DNA from: an uncultured Solirubrobacterales bacterium
GTDB lineage: Bacteria > Actinomycetota > Thermoleophilia > Solirubrobacterales > 70-9
Length of the DNA: 64,000 nucleotides
Direction: 5' to 3'
Assembly (NCBI GenBank): GCA_963777775.1
Contig: CAVZRL010000003.1
Span: forward strand, 28,751-92,750
The translations under genes and the position numbers were made by a program. Below the pieces are notes generated by a model, which was not told where the DNA came from, did no database searches, and saw nothing but the letters and a program-made list of their open reading frames with translations. Of this stretch, positions 34,330 to 43,298 are shown in pieces (position 1 is the stretch's first letter; each line of letters opens with the position of its first letter).

Positions 34330-35937
34330 GTGACCCGGCAGGAGCGCCTGACCCTGATTGCGACGATCCTCGGCTCGACCGTCGTCTTCCTCGACTCGAC
34401 GGTCGTCAACGTCGCGCTTCCCGCGATCCAGGCCGATCTCGACACCGGCCTCGCCGGGCAGCAGTGGGTGGTGGAGGCCTACATGCTGACCCTGGTCTCG
34501 CTGCTGCTCGTCGGCGGATCGCTCGGCGATCTCTACGGGCGCCGGCGGATGTTTGTCGTCGGCCTCTCGGGATTCGCGGCCACCTCGGTCCTCTGCGCGA
34601 TCGCCCCGACCGACGAGACCCTGGTCGCGGCCCGGGCGCTGCAGGGGATCGCGGGCGCGCTCCTCGTCCCGGGCTCGCTGGCGATCCTCGCCGCGACCTT
34701 CGAGGGCGAGGCTCGCGGCCGGGCGGTCGGCCTCTGGACTGCCTGGGCCGGGATCTCGACCCTCGCCGGCCCGGCGGGCGGCGGGCTGCTGGTCGAGTTC
34801 GACTGGCGCTGGATCTTCTGGGTCAACATCCCGGTGATCGCGGCGACCCTGTGGCTGACCGTGCGCGCGGTCGATGAGAGCCGCGACCCGGCGGCCTGCC
34901 CGGGGATCGACGCGGTGGGGATCTGCCTCTCGGCGGTCGGTCTCGCCGGGCCGGTGTTCGCGCTCGTCGAGCAGCCGACCTACGGCTGGGGAGATCCGCT
35001 CGTCTGGGCGCCGCTGCTGGCTGGGGTGGTCTCGTTCGCGGCCTTCATCTGGTGGGAGTCGCGCGCCCGGGCGCCGATGCTGCCGCTGGAGCTCTTTCGC
35101 TCGCACAACTTCAGCGCCGTCAACCTGGCGACGCTGTGCGTGTACGCGGGGCTGATCGGGGCCTCTTTCTTCATCACCCTGTTCCTGCAGCAGGTCGCCG
35201 GCTTCACCGCCTTTCAGGCGGGCGCCGCGACGACGCCGATCACGATCGTCATGTTCGTGCTCTCCGGGCGCTTCGGCGCTCTCGCCTCGCGGATCGGGCC
35301 GCGCCTCGTGATGGGCGTCGGCCCGATCGTCGCTGCGGTCGGGCTGGCGCTGCTCGCGCGCCTCGACAGCGACCCCGACTACCTGGTCGACGTGCTGCCC
35401 TCGATGTTGCTCTTCGGACTCGGGCTGGCGATGACCGTGGCGCCGCTGACGACCACCGTGCTCGACTCGGTCGAGGAGCGTCACGTCGGGGTGGCCTCAG
35501 GTGTCAACAACGCCGTCTCGCGGGTCGCGGGGGTGCTAGCGATCGCCGCCCTCGGGGCGGTCGTCTCGGCCCAGTTCGCGGGATCGCTCGACGAGGCGGT
35601 GGGCGAGCGGCCGATCGGGCCCGAGGCTCGGACCGCAATCGAGGACGCCAAGTCGCAACCGCTCTCCGGCGGCGACGTTAGTGGCGTGCCCGAGCCCGAG
35701 GCGGCGGCCCTCGGCGCCGAGATCGTCGCCTCCTCGGAATCGGCCTTCCAGCTCGGGATGCTGATCGGAGCCGCCCTGATGGTGCTCGGCGGCGCGATCG
35801 CGCTCGTCCTCGTTCGCAACCCCGAACGCCCTGCCGAGCGCGAGCCGCAACCCGGCCCGGGCCCTGCGGCGACGGCCGGCGAATGCGGCCGGCCCAGCGA
35901 GCAGTTCGAGCCCAGCCCCGTCCCGGGCACGCTCTAG
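34330..35937 (+). CDS. MFS transporter, DHA2 (EmrB/QacA, 14-TMS) family
   Basis: GTG 34330. LDSTVVNVALPAIQADL and GGSLGDLYGRRRMF motifs, with many TM segments. Confidence 0.9.
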   Translation: MTRQERLTLIATILGSTVVFLDSTVVNVALPAIQADLDTGLAGQQWVVEAYMLTLVSLLLVGGSLGDLYGRRRMFVVGLSGFAATSVLCAIAPTDETLVAARALQGIAGALLVPGSLAILAATFEGEARGRAVGLWTAWAGISTLAGPAGGGLLVEFDWRWIFWVNIPVIAATLWLTVRAVDESRDPAACPGIDAVGICLSAVGLAGPVFALVEQPTYGWGDPLVWAPLLAGVVSFAAFIWWESRARAPMLPLELFRSHNFSAVNLATLCVYAGLIGASFFITLFLQQVAGFTAFQAGAATTPITIVMFVLSGRFGALASRIGPRLVMGVGPIVAAVGLALLARLDSDPDYLVDVLPSMLLFGLGLAMTVAPLTTTVLDSVEERHVGVASGVNNAVSRVAGVLAIAALGAVVSAQFAGSLDEAVGERPIGPEARTAIEDAKSQPLSGGDVSGVPEPEAAALGAEIVASSESAFQLGMLIGAALMVLGGAIALVLVRNPERPAEREPQPGPGPAATAGECGRPSEQFEPSPVPGTL

Positions 35938-36009
35938 ATGGGTGATCCCACGCCTTCACGCACGCGGATGACGCACGGATACCGTCGCCGGATCGCGCCC
36001 GTCCTCCTC

Positions 36010-36031
36010 GCCCGTGCCCTCGGGCACGGGC
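36010..36031 (+). terminator. Hairpin after the MFS gene (9-bp stem), weak U-tail
   Basis: GCCCGTGCC-CTCG-GGCACGGGC followed by TTCGTCGG. Confidence 0.4.
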
Positions 36032-36115
36032 TTCGTCGGCCGACCACGACCGGACTCGGTCCCGCGCGCCCCCGCGCACGCGAGGCCGTGGCATCAACCA
36101 TCTAGATTCCGCCGC

Positions 36116-37114
36116 GTGAGGATTTTCAGCGGCATCCAGCCGACCGGGCGCAAGCACCTCGGCAACTACATCGGGGCGATCCGCCAGTACGTCGAAGGCC
36201 AGGAGCGCGCTGGCGACGGCGAGGCGATCTACTGCATCGTCGACCTGCACGCGATCTCGGTCGCCTACGACCCGGCGGAGCTGCGCGAGCGCGTCCACGA
36301 CACGACCGCGATCCTGCTCGCCGCCGGGCTCGACCCTGAGCGCTGCATCCTCTTTCGCCAGTCCGACGTCCGTGAGCACACCGAGCTCTGTTGGCTGCTC
36401 TCCGCCGTCACCGCGCACGGCGACCTGAACCGGATGCACCAGTTCAAGGACAAGTCGGCGAGGCAGCGCGAGCTGGTCTCGGCGGCGCTGTTCCTCTACC
36501 CGGTGCTCCAAGCCGCCGACGTGCTCGCCTACAAGGCCGAGGAGGTGCCGGTGGGCGAGGACCAGCGCCAGCACGTCGAGCTGATGCGCGAGATCGCGCG
36601 ACGCTTCAACGAGCGCTTTGGGGAGCTGCTGGTCGAGCCCGGCCACCGGATCCCCGAGATCGGGGCGCGGATCATGGACCTCCAGGACCCGAGCGCGAAG
36701 ATGACGACCACCGGCGGCAGCGAGCAGGGGACGCTGTACGTCCTCGACGAGCCCGACGCCGCGCGCAAGAAGGTGCTCAGCGCGGTCACCGACTCGGGCC
36801 GCGAGGTCGCGCGCGGCGAGGGCAAGGAGGGGATCGCCAACCTGATCGAGATCCTCGCCGTGATCCGCGGCGTCAACCCCGATCAGGTCGAGGCGGAGTT
36901 CGCGGGAACGGGCTACGGCGACTTCAAGGCCGCGGTCGCCGATGCGGTGATCGAGTACCTGGCCCCGGTCCGCGAGCGCTACCAGGCGCTGAGACCGGAC
37001 GAGGCGGCGCTCGAGGCGGCGCTCGAGGCGGGTGCGGAGAAGGCGCGCGCGATCGCGGCCGCGACTCTGGCCGAGGTCCGCGCCGCGATGGGCGTCGGCG
37101 CGGCGAGCGGCTAG
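36116..37114 (+). CDS. trpS: Tryptophan--tRNA ligase
   Basis: GTG 36116. FSGIQPTGRKHLGNYIG (HIGH-type motif) and KMTTT (KMSKS-type motif). TAGATT lies 7 nt upstream of the GTG, suggesting a leaderless mRNA. Confidence 0.95.
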   Translation: MRIFSGIQPTGRKHLGNYIGAIRQYVEGQERAGDGEAIYCIVDLHAISVAYDPAELRERVHDTTAILLAAGLDPERCILFRQSDVREHTELCWLLSAVTAHGDLNRMHQFKDKSARQRELVSAALFLYPVLQAADVLAYKAEEVPVGEDQRQHVELMREIARRFNERFGELLVEPGHRIPEIGARIMDLQDPSAKMTTTGGSEQGTLYVLDEPDAARKKVLSAVTDSGREVARGEGKEGIANLIEILAVIRGVNPDQVEAEFAGTGYGDFKAAVADAVIEYLAPVRERYQALRPDEAALEAALEAGAEKARAIAAATLAEVRAAMGVGAASG

Positions 37115-37146
37115 AAACGGCCGGGGCGCCGTCTACGCTCTCGCCG

Positions 37147-37866
37147 ATGAGAGCTGCCGACCTCGACCTCGACCTCGACGTCTTCGCCGGGCCCTTCGAC
37201 CTGCTGATGACCGTGATCCTGCGCGAGGAGATCGCCCTCGCCGAGGTCGAGCTGGGCGAGGTCGTGATCGCTTATCTCGAGCACGTCGAGGAACAGGGCG
37301 AGCTCGAGCTCGAGGCGGCGACCGAGTTCCTGGTCCTGATCGCTTCGCTGCTCGAGCTCAAGTCGCGCCTCCTGCTCCCTGCGGCCGAGGAGGCGGAGCC
37401 GGCGCTGGCTCCCGAGGAGGCGGCCGACGAGCTGCTCGCCCGGATGCTCGAGTACCGGCGCTACCGCGACGCCGCGGCGCACCTGCGCGCGCTGTTCGCA
37501 GACGGCCGCCGCTACGTCTACCGCTCCGCCCCGCTGCCGCCCGAGCTGCGCCGGGTTGCGCTCGACGCCGCCCGCCCCGCCTACGAGCCCGACTCGCTCG
37601 CCGCCTCGATCGGCGACCTGCTGCGGAGCCCGCCGCGACCCGACCTCAGCCACATCCGCCCGACCGTCTCGCTCGAGAAGCGGCTTCGGGTCCTGCGCGA
37701 GCTGATCGCCAGCCGCAGCACGCTCGATTTCGACGAGGCGTTCGGCGATCAGGACCGCCTGACCCAGGCGGTGACGCTGTTCGCGCTGCTCGAGATGCAC
37801 AAGCGCGGCGAGGCGACCTGGAGCCAGCGAGACACCTTCGGCCGGATCACGATCGAGGCGGCGTGA
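37147..37866 (+). CDS. scpA: Segregation and condensation protein A
   Basis: FAGPFDLLMTVILREEI... TACGCT lies 7 nt upstream of the ATG. Confidence 0.9.
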   Translation: MRAADLDLDLDVFAGPFDLLMTVILREEIALAEVELGEVVIAYLEHVEEQGELELEAATEFLVLIASLLELKSRLLLPAAEEAEPALAPEEAADELLARMLEYRRYRDAAAHLRALFADGRRYVYRSAPLPPELRRVALDAARPAYEPDSLAASIGDLLRSPPRPDLSHIRPTVSLEKRLRVLRELIASRSTLDFDEAFGDQDRLTQAVTLFALLEMHKRGEATWSQRDTFGRITIEAA

Positions 37867-37918
37867 GGCGGAGTCCGAGAGGACGAAGCCGAGCCCGGCC
37901 GCCGTTGAGGCCGCTTGT

Positions 37919-38482
37919 ATGAGCGCGCTCGAGCGAACCGTCGAGGCGCTGCTCTTCCTCTCGCCGGAGCCGGTTGGCAGCGCTGAGCTCGCCGAGGCCT
38001 GCGAGGCATCGGAGGCCGAGGTCGACCGGGCCCTCGACCTGCTCGACGGCTCGCTTGCCGAGCGCGGCGTGGTCCTGCGCCGGGTCGCCGGCGGCTACTC
38101 GCTTGCCGCCCATCCCGACGCAGAGGCGGCCGCCCGGCGGCTGCTGGCGAAGCCGAAGACGCCGCCGCTGACCCAGGCCCAGGCCGAGACGCTGGCGATC
38201 GTCGCCTACCTGCAACCGGTTTCGCGGCCCGAGATCGCTCGGATCCGCGGCGTCGCATCGGAGTCGGCGGTGCAGACGCTCACCGAGCGGGGCCTGATCG
38301 AGGAGTCGGGGCGCTCGCGCTTCGGCGCCGTGATCCATCGCACCACGCCGCTCTTCGAGCGCCTCTTCGGGCTCCCGGGGCTCGACTCGCTGCCCGACCC
38401 GGCCCGCTTCGACCCATCGCCCGAGGACGAGGCCGAGCTGCGCGAGCGCCTGCTGCGCGCCGGCGAGCAGCGCGCGAGCTGA
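37919..38482 (+). CDS. scpB: Segregation and condensation protein B
   Basis: VEALLFLSPEPV..., LTQAQAETLAIVAYLQPVSRPEIARIRGV. Confidence 0.9.
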   Translation: MSALERTVEALLFLSPEPVGSAELAEACEASEAEVDRALDLLDGSLAERGVVLRRVAGGYSLAAHPDAEAAARRLLAKPKTPPLTQAQAETLAIVAYLQPVSRPEIARIRGVASESAVQTLTERGLIEESGRSRFGAVIHRTTPLFERLFGLPGLDSLPDPARFDPSPEDEAELRERLLRAGEQRAS

Positions 38483-38500
38483 GCGGGTCCCGGGGCTCTC

Positions 38501-39196
38501 GTGCGCCTCGGCAAGTACCTCGCCCGTTGCGGCGTTGCGTCGCGGCGCCGCGCCGAGGAGATGATCGCAGCGGGACGGGTCGCGGTCGCGGGCGAGGTCG
38601 TCCGCGACCCGGCGCGCGACGTCGACTTGGGCAGCGGGGTGACCGTGGACGGGCGGCCCGCCAGCCCCGAGTCGCGGGAGGTCTGGATGCTCAACAAGCC
38701 GGCGGGGGTGGTCTCGACCGCGCGCGAGCCGGGGCGCCGGCGTGCGGTCACCGAGCTGGTCGACTCGCGGGCCCGCCTCTACCCGGTCGGGCGCCTCGAC
38801 GCTGACTCGACCGGGTTGATCCTGCTCACCAACGACGGCGAGCTCGCGAACCGGCTCACCCACCCGCGTTACGAGGTCCCGCGCACCTACCGTGCCCGGC
38901 TGCGCCGCCCGCCCGCCGAGGCCGAGCTGCGACGGCTGCGCGAGGGCGTCGAGCTCGATGACGGGCCGACCGCGCCCGCCCGCGTACGCCGCCTCTCGCC
39001 CCGGGTGATCGAGCTGACGATCCGCGAGGGACGCAATCGCCAGCTGCGCCGGATGGCGGAGGCGGTCGGCAACGAGGTCGTCTCCCTGAGCCGGACGGCG
39101 TTCGGCCCGCTGCGGCTCGGCGAGCTGGGCGAGGGCAGGGCACGGCGCCTGAGCGCGACCGAGGTGCGCCGGCTCTGGAAGGATGCCGCGCGATGA
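38501..39196 (+). CDS. rluB: Pseudouridine synthase (RluB/RsuA family)
   Basis: S4 domain (RLGKYLARCGVASRR) and catalytic GRLDADSTGLILLTNDG. Confidence 0.9.
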   Translation: MRLGKYLARCGVASRRRAEEMIAAGRVAVAGEVVRDPARDVDLGSGVTVDGRPASPESREVWMLNKPAGVVSTAREPGRRRAVTELVDSRARLYPVGRLDADSTGLILLTNDGELANRLTHPRYEVPRTYRARLRRPPAEAELRRLREGVELDDGPTAPARVRRLSPRVIELTIREGRNRQLRRMAEAVGNEVVSLSRTAFGPLRLGELGEGRARRLSATEVRRLWKDAAR

Positions 39197-39570
39197 GCGA
39201 GCCCGAGCGCATCTGGGGTGTCCGCGGGGCGGTGCAGGTCGAGCGCAACGACGCCGGCTCGATCCTCGCCGCGACGCGCGAGCTGCTCGGGGAGCTGATC
39301 GCGCGCAACCGGCTCGACGCCGATCACCTCGTGAGCGTGATCTTCACCAGCACCGAGGACCTCGACGCCGAGTTCCCGGCCGTCGCCGCGCGCGAGCTCG
39401 GGCTCGACCAGGTGCCGCTGCTCTGCAACCGCGAGATCGACGTCCCGGGCGCGATGCCCCGCGTGATCAGGGTGCTCGCCCACTACTACGCCGCGGCCGC
39501 CCACAGCCCCGCCCACGTCTACCTGGGCGAAACTCAGAAGCTGCGCGCCGACCTGCATTCCGCGCAGTAG
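39193..39570 (+). CDS. aroH: Chorismate mutase, AroH class
   Basis: IWGVRGAVQVERN..., FTSTEDLDAEFPA, and the ~125-aa size typical of Bacillus-type AroH. Confidence 0.85.
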   Translation: MSEPERIWGVRGAVQVERNDAGSILAATRELLGELIARNRLDADHLVSVIFTSTEDLDAEFPAVAARELGLDQVPLLCNREIDVPGAMPRVIRVLAHYYAAAAHSPAHVYLGETQKLRADLHSAQ

Positions 39571-39591
39571 CCGAACGGGTAGCCTGCCGCT

Positions 39592-39810
39592 GTGTCCGCG
39601 AGAGGCATAGGGGTGCTCTTGATCGTCGTCGGGGTCGCCGCCGCGCTGCTCGCAGCGCTGGCCAACCCGCTCGGGATCGGCAACCCCGGTTTCCAGTGGA
39701 AGCAGGGCCTGCTGCTCGGCGTCGGGATCGTGGTCACGCTGGTCGGGATCGTGGTCGCGGTGCGCGCCCCGGACCCCGGAGCTGCGCCGGGACCCGACTC
39801 GTCCGCGTAG
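39592..39810 (+). CDS. Possible small membrane protein (2 TM)
   Basis: 72-aa ORF with two hydrophobic helices and high GC3. No recognisable family. Confidence 0.45.
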   Translation: MSARGIGVLLIVVGVAAALLAALANPLGIGNPGFQWKQGLLLGVGIVVTLVGIVVAVRAPDPGAAPGPDSSA

Positions 39811-39937
39811 GTCGAACAAGCGGCCAACCGAGGCGCAAGAACGCCGCAATTTGCGGAGTCCGCGCGCGAGGACGGGTCGGGGCAGGCGTACCCTCGATGG
39901 CGAACCCCCGGACTGACGGCAACCCACAGGAGACGTC

Positions 39938-40141
39938 GTGACCACGGTCGAAGAGGCGCGTTCGCGCGTGCAACGGTTGCTTGAGCGCGGCTACGGCTTC
40001 AAGCGGATCGAGGAGGAGATCGAGGCGATCGACGGCCTCGACGCCGAGAGGCGGTCGGCGATCTGGATCTGGGCATGGACGCGCGACGATCTCGGACGCT
40101 CGGCACCGACCTCGATCGCGCGACCCGGGCTGGCGGGCTGA
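39938..40141 (+). CDS. Possible small soluble protein
   Basis: 67-aa ORF. AGGAGA lies 6 nt upstream of the GTG. The N-terminal half looks helical. No recognisable family. Confidence 0.4.
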   Translation: MTTVEEARSRVQRLLERGYGFKRIEEEIEAIDGLDAERRSAIWIWAWTRDDLGRSAPTSIARPGLAG

Positions 40142-40195
40142 AGGCCACACCGCCGGGCGCGACCGCGCGGCGCGCGACCGCGCCGCGCCGCAAGA

Positions 40196-41296
40196 ATGGG
40201 CGCGATGAGCGTCAGCTTCGCCCACAAGCTCGCCGCGATCCCCGGATACTCGGCCGGGGTGCCCGCCGGCAAGGCGCCCGAGGCGATCGTCGAGGCGGGC
40301 ATCGCTCAGCTCGCCTCGAACGAGTCGCCGTGGGGCCCGCATCCTGCGGTGGCCGACGCGATCGCGCGAGCCGCCGGGGCGATGAACCGCTACCCCGACC
40401 CTGCCGCGACCCTGCTCCGAGCCCGGATCGCCGATCGCCACGAGACCGATCCGACCCAGATCGCGGTCGCGAACGGCTCCTGCGAGATCCTGCTCGCGGC
40501 GGCCCTGGCCCTCTGTGAGCCGGGGGCAGAGCTCGTTTACGCCTGGCCGTCGTTCTCGATCTACCCCTACCTGGCGCCGCTCTCGGGGGCACGCGAGATC
40601 CGCGTGCCGCTCGACGCCGACGACGGACACGACCTCGACGCGCTGGTCGGCGAGCTGACCGCGGCGACCCAGATCCTGATCGTCTGCAATCCCAACAACC
40701 CGACCGCGGCCCACCTGCCGGCGGCGCGGATCGGCGAGCTGCTCGAGCGGGTGCCCGACCACGTGACGGTGATCGTCGACGAGGCCTACGTCGAGTTCCA
40801 GCTCGACGACGATCCCGACGCGACCGCCGACCTGCGGCGCGAGTTCCCGAACCTGGTCCTGCTCCGCACCTTCTCCAAGGTCTACGGGCTGGCCGGGTTG
40901 CGGGTCGGCTACGCGCTCTGCGCGCCGGCGTTCCGGGCGGCGGTCGACGCCGTCCGCCAGCCGTTCAGCGTCAACGCGATCGCCCAGGCGGCCGCGGCGG
41001 AGGCGATCCGTCACCAGGACGACGTCGCGAGCCGGATCGAGCGCACGATCGTCGAGCGGGTCACCGTGCAGGAGGGCGTCCGCGAGCTCGGTCTCGAGAC
41101 CCCGGACTCGCACGCGAACTTCTCCTGGGTCGCGCTCGGCGACGCCGACGAGGCGGAGCTGGTCGCGAGCCTGGCCGAGCAGGGGATCGTGGTCCGCGCC
41201 GGGACCTCGCTCGGCGGCCCCGGCCACATCCGGGTCAGCTACGGCACGGGTGAGCAGAACCGGCGCTTCCTCGCCGCGCTCGCCGAGGCGCTCTGA
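40196..41296 (+). CDS. hisC: Histidinol-phosphate/aromatic aminotransferase
   Basis: NRYPDP, CNPNNPT and the PLP-lysine region RTFSKVYGLAGLRVGY. An alternative ATG is at 40205. Confidence 0.9.
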   Translation: MGAMSVSFAHKLAAIPGYSAGVPAGKAPEAIVEAGIAQLASNESPWGPHPAVADAIARAAGAMNRYPDPAATLLRARIADRHETDPTQIAVANGSCEILLAAALALCEPGAELVYAWPSFSIYPYLAPLSGAREIRVPLDADDGHDLDALVGELTAATQILIVCNPNNPTAAHLPAARIGELLERVPDHVTVIVDEAYVEFQLDDDPDATADLRREFPNLVLLRTFSKVYGLAGLRVGYALCAPAFRAAVDAVRQPFSVNAIAQAAAAEAIRHQDDVASRIERTIVERVTVQEGVRELGLETPDSHANFSWVALGDADEAELVASLAEQGIVVRAGTSLGGPGHIRVSYGTGEQNRRFLAALAEAL

Positions 41297-41301
41297 CCCG
41301 T

Positions 41302-41347
41302 CGAACGTCCCGGACTCCCCCGCCTGGCGAGGACTGCGGGACGTTCG
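41302..41347. terminator. Inverted repeat between convergent hisC and the M15 peptidase gene (11-bp arms, 24-nt loop)
   Basis: CGAACGTCCCG (41302-41312) / CGGGACGTTCG (41337-41347). Confidence 0.4.
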
Positions 41348-41350
41348 GCG

Positions 41351-41986
41351 CTACTCCCCGTTGCTCGAGAAGTGCTGGTAGTCGCGGGTGCCGCCGGGCC
41401 AGGCGCCGCCCCACTCCCAGCCGGCGCGGCGCTCGAAGGCTCGCACCACCGCGTCGCCCGCGTGGATCATGCCCTCGGCGTCGCGGGTCCGGTCGGCGAA
41501 CGGGGCGCCGGCGGAGGGCGAGACGTGTGCTCCCGAGACGTATGGGTTCTCGATCGGGTTGATGTCGATCGCCCGCCCGTATGCGTGCATCGACCAGCGC
41601 CGGGTTCCGGCGACGAAGCGGCAGTTGAAGGCCGAGGTGTTGTCGGCGTTCATCGAGCGGTGGTCGTCGGCGCCGTAGCGGTCGATCAGCTCCATTCGGC
41701 GGATCGGGTACTCGAGCGCGAACAGCCGCTTCATCGCCCCCAGCACCTTGCGGTCCTGGCTTCGGTGGACGATCAACCGCCCGCGGTGGACGTCGCCGTC
41801 AAACCCCCAATGCTCGAGCTCGAGCAGGCGAAGCTTCCCGAGCCCGACCGGGCAACCGCGATGCCAGGAGCTGCCCACGACCCGGTTCTCGATTCGGCCG
41901 CGGATCGGCTCCGAGTGACCGTCGAAGGACGGCTCGCCGCCGCCGGCGAGCGCGCCGGCGGCGATTGCGAGCGCGGTGGCGAGCAT
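41351..41986 (-). CDS. M15-family zinc D,D- or L,D-peptidase (VanY/YcbK-like cell-wall peptidase)
   Basis: SMHAYGRAIDINP (SxHxxGxAxD) and GWEWGGAW...DYQHFS motifs. Confidence 0.8.
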   Translation of the reverse strand: MLATALAIAAGALAGGGEPSFDGHSEPIRGRIENRVVGSSWHRGCPVGLGKLRLLELEHWGFDGDVHRGRLIVHRSQDRKVLGAMKRLFALEYPIRRMELIDRYGADDHRSMNADNTSAFNCRFVAGTRRWSMHAYGRAIDINPIENPYVSGAHVSPSAGAPFADRTRDAEGMIHAGDAVVRAFERRAGWEWGGAWPGGTRDYQHFSSNGE

Positions 41987-42017
41987 CGGCCGAATCTACC
42001 CGGATCGTGGGCGGAGT

Positions 42018-42046
42018 TTGCGCTTTCGGGGGCTCCGTGGTACAAC
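42018..42046 (+). promoter_or_regulatory. Candidate promoter of the aroF leader (TTGCGC-N17-TACAAC with an extended TGn)
   Basis: TTGCGC at 42018-42023, a 17-nt spacer ending in TGG, and TACAAC at 42041-42046. GTG 42054 lies 7 nt downstream. Confidence 0.45.
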
Positions 42047-42053
42047 CTCCGGC

Positions 42054-42143
42054 GTGAACCGCGAGGTCGCGACCGCTGCCCAGAGCGCCCGCAAGGGCCC
42101 GCAGCCGTGCGCGTGGTTTGCCTACTACTGGCGATTTAGCTAG
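42054..42143 (+). CDS. Candidate leaderless leader peptide (29 aa) rich in Trp/Phe/Tyr
   Basis: Hand translation gives MNREVATAAQSARKGPQPCAWFAYYWRFS*. The codons TGG TTT GCC TAC TAC TGG CGA TTT fall at 42114-42137. It is too short to appear in the ORF track. Confidence 0.4.
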   Translation: MNREVATAAQSARKGPQPCAWFAYYWRFS

Positions 42144-42203
42144 GCGTCCGGCCGGCCGCGAGGCCCGTGATCGAGAAGGAAACCCACCGCCGGACGCCGT
42201 AGC
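42139..42203 (+). promoter_or_regulatory. Stem-loop whose 5' arm covers the leader stop codon (candidate attenuator element)
   Basis: GCTAGGCGTCCGGC (42139-42152) pairs with GCCGGACGCC-G-TAGC (42189-42203): 14 bp with one bulge. Confidence 0.4.
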
Positions 42204-42247
42204 AACACTGATCCGCGTGTGTTGAGACCGAAAGGCTATTTCGCAAG

Positions 42248-43273
42248 ATGATGATCGTGATGAAAGAGGGGGCGACGGAGGAGCAGATCTCCCACGTCGT
42301 CGAACGAATCGAGGAGGTCGGGTGCGCGGCGCATGTCTCGCAGGGCGATCTCCTGACCGTGATCGGGGCGATCGGGGACCGCGACCGCGTTTCCTCGCTC
42401 GGGCTCGAGGGTGCTCCGGGGGTCGACCATCTGGTCCCGATCCTGAAGCCCTACAAGCTCGCCTCGACCCAGTTCCGCAAGGGCGAGCGGACGGTGATCG
42501 ACCTCGACGGCCGCAAGCTCGGCGGCGAGCACTTCGGCCTGATCGCGGGCCCGTGCACGGTCGAGGGCCGCGAGCAGACGCTCGAGGTGGCCCAGGTGGT
42601 CGCCGACGCCGGCGCGACAATGCTGCGCGGCGGCGCCTACAAGCCCCGCACCTCCCCGTACAGCTTCCAGGGCCTCGGGGTCGAGGGCCTGCGCCTGCTC
42701 GAGGAGGCCAGGCAACAGACCGGCCTGCCGATCGTCACCGAGCTGATGGACGCGCGCGACGTCGAGGACGTGGTCGAGGTCGCCGACGTGATCCAGATCG
42801 GCGCCCGCAACATGCAGAACTACACGCTGCTCTCGGAGGCCGGGCGAACCGGCAAGGCGGTGCTGCTCAAGCGCGGGCTCTCGGCGACCCTCGACGAGCT
42901 GCTGATGGCGTCGGAGTACGTGCTCAAGGAGGGCAACCCGAACGTGATGCTCTGCGAGCGCGGAATCCGCACCTTCGAGACCACCTACCGGTTCACCCTC
43001 GACCTGCTCGCGATCCCGGCACTGCGCGAGCTCACCCACCTGCCGATCGTCGTCGACCCGAGCCACGCCGCCGGCCGGCGCGACTGGGTCGCGCCGATGT
43101 CGCTGGCGGCCGCCGCCGCGGGCGCCGACGGGATCATGGTCGAGGTCCACAACGAGCCCGAGGAGGCGATCTGCGACGGACCGCAGGCGCTGCCGACCGA
43201 GACCTTCGCCGAGTACGCGGAGCAGGTCCGGCGCGCGGCCGAGGTCGCCGGCAAGCAAGCGTCGGCCGTCTGA
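42248..43273 (+). CDS. aroF: 3-deoxy-7-phosphoheptulonate (DAHP) synthase, type I-beta with an N-terminal ACT/ferredoxin-like regulatory domain
   Basis: [22 protein letters not shown]... N-domain, [13 protein letters not shown], and [17 protein letters not shown]. Confidence 0.93.
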   Translation: MMIVMKEGATEEQISHVVERIEEVGCAAHVSQGDLLTVIGAIGDRDRVSSLGLEGAPGVDHLVPILKPYKLASTQFRKGERTVIDLDGRKLGGEHFGLIAGPCTVEGREQTLEVAQVVADAGATMLRGGAYKPRTSPYSFQGLGVEGLRLLEEARQQTGLPIVTELMDARDVEDVVEVADVIQIGARNMQNYTLLSEAGRTGKAVLLKRGLSATLDELLMASEYVLKEGNPNVMLCERGIRTFETTYRFTLDLLAIPALRELTHLPIVVDPSHAAGRRDWVAPMSLAAAAAGADGIMVEVHNEPEEAICDGPQALPTETFAEYAEQVRRAAEVAGKQASAV

Positions 43274-43298
43274 GCGGCCGGCGCCCCGTCAGGCAGCG

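Noticed and set aside
35938-36115. Possible T-box leader upstream of trpS, and a SAM riboswitch upstream of metK (49907-49916).
   Set aside because: There is no T-box consensus (…GGGTGGTACCGCG…) in the trpS leader, which instead holds a terminator-like hairpin and a -10 box next to the start. The metK gap is only 10 nt.
42114-42186. An alternative antiterminator pairing between the aromatic codon run (TGGTTTGCC) and GGAAACCCA (42178-42186) in the aroF leader.
   Set aside because: It gives only 3+3+2 bp with bulges, too weak to assert. The leader model is reported with only the well-supported 14-bp stem.
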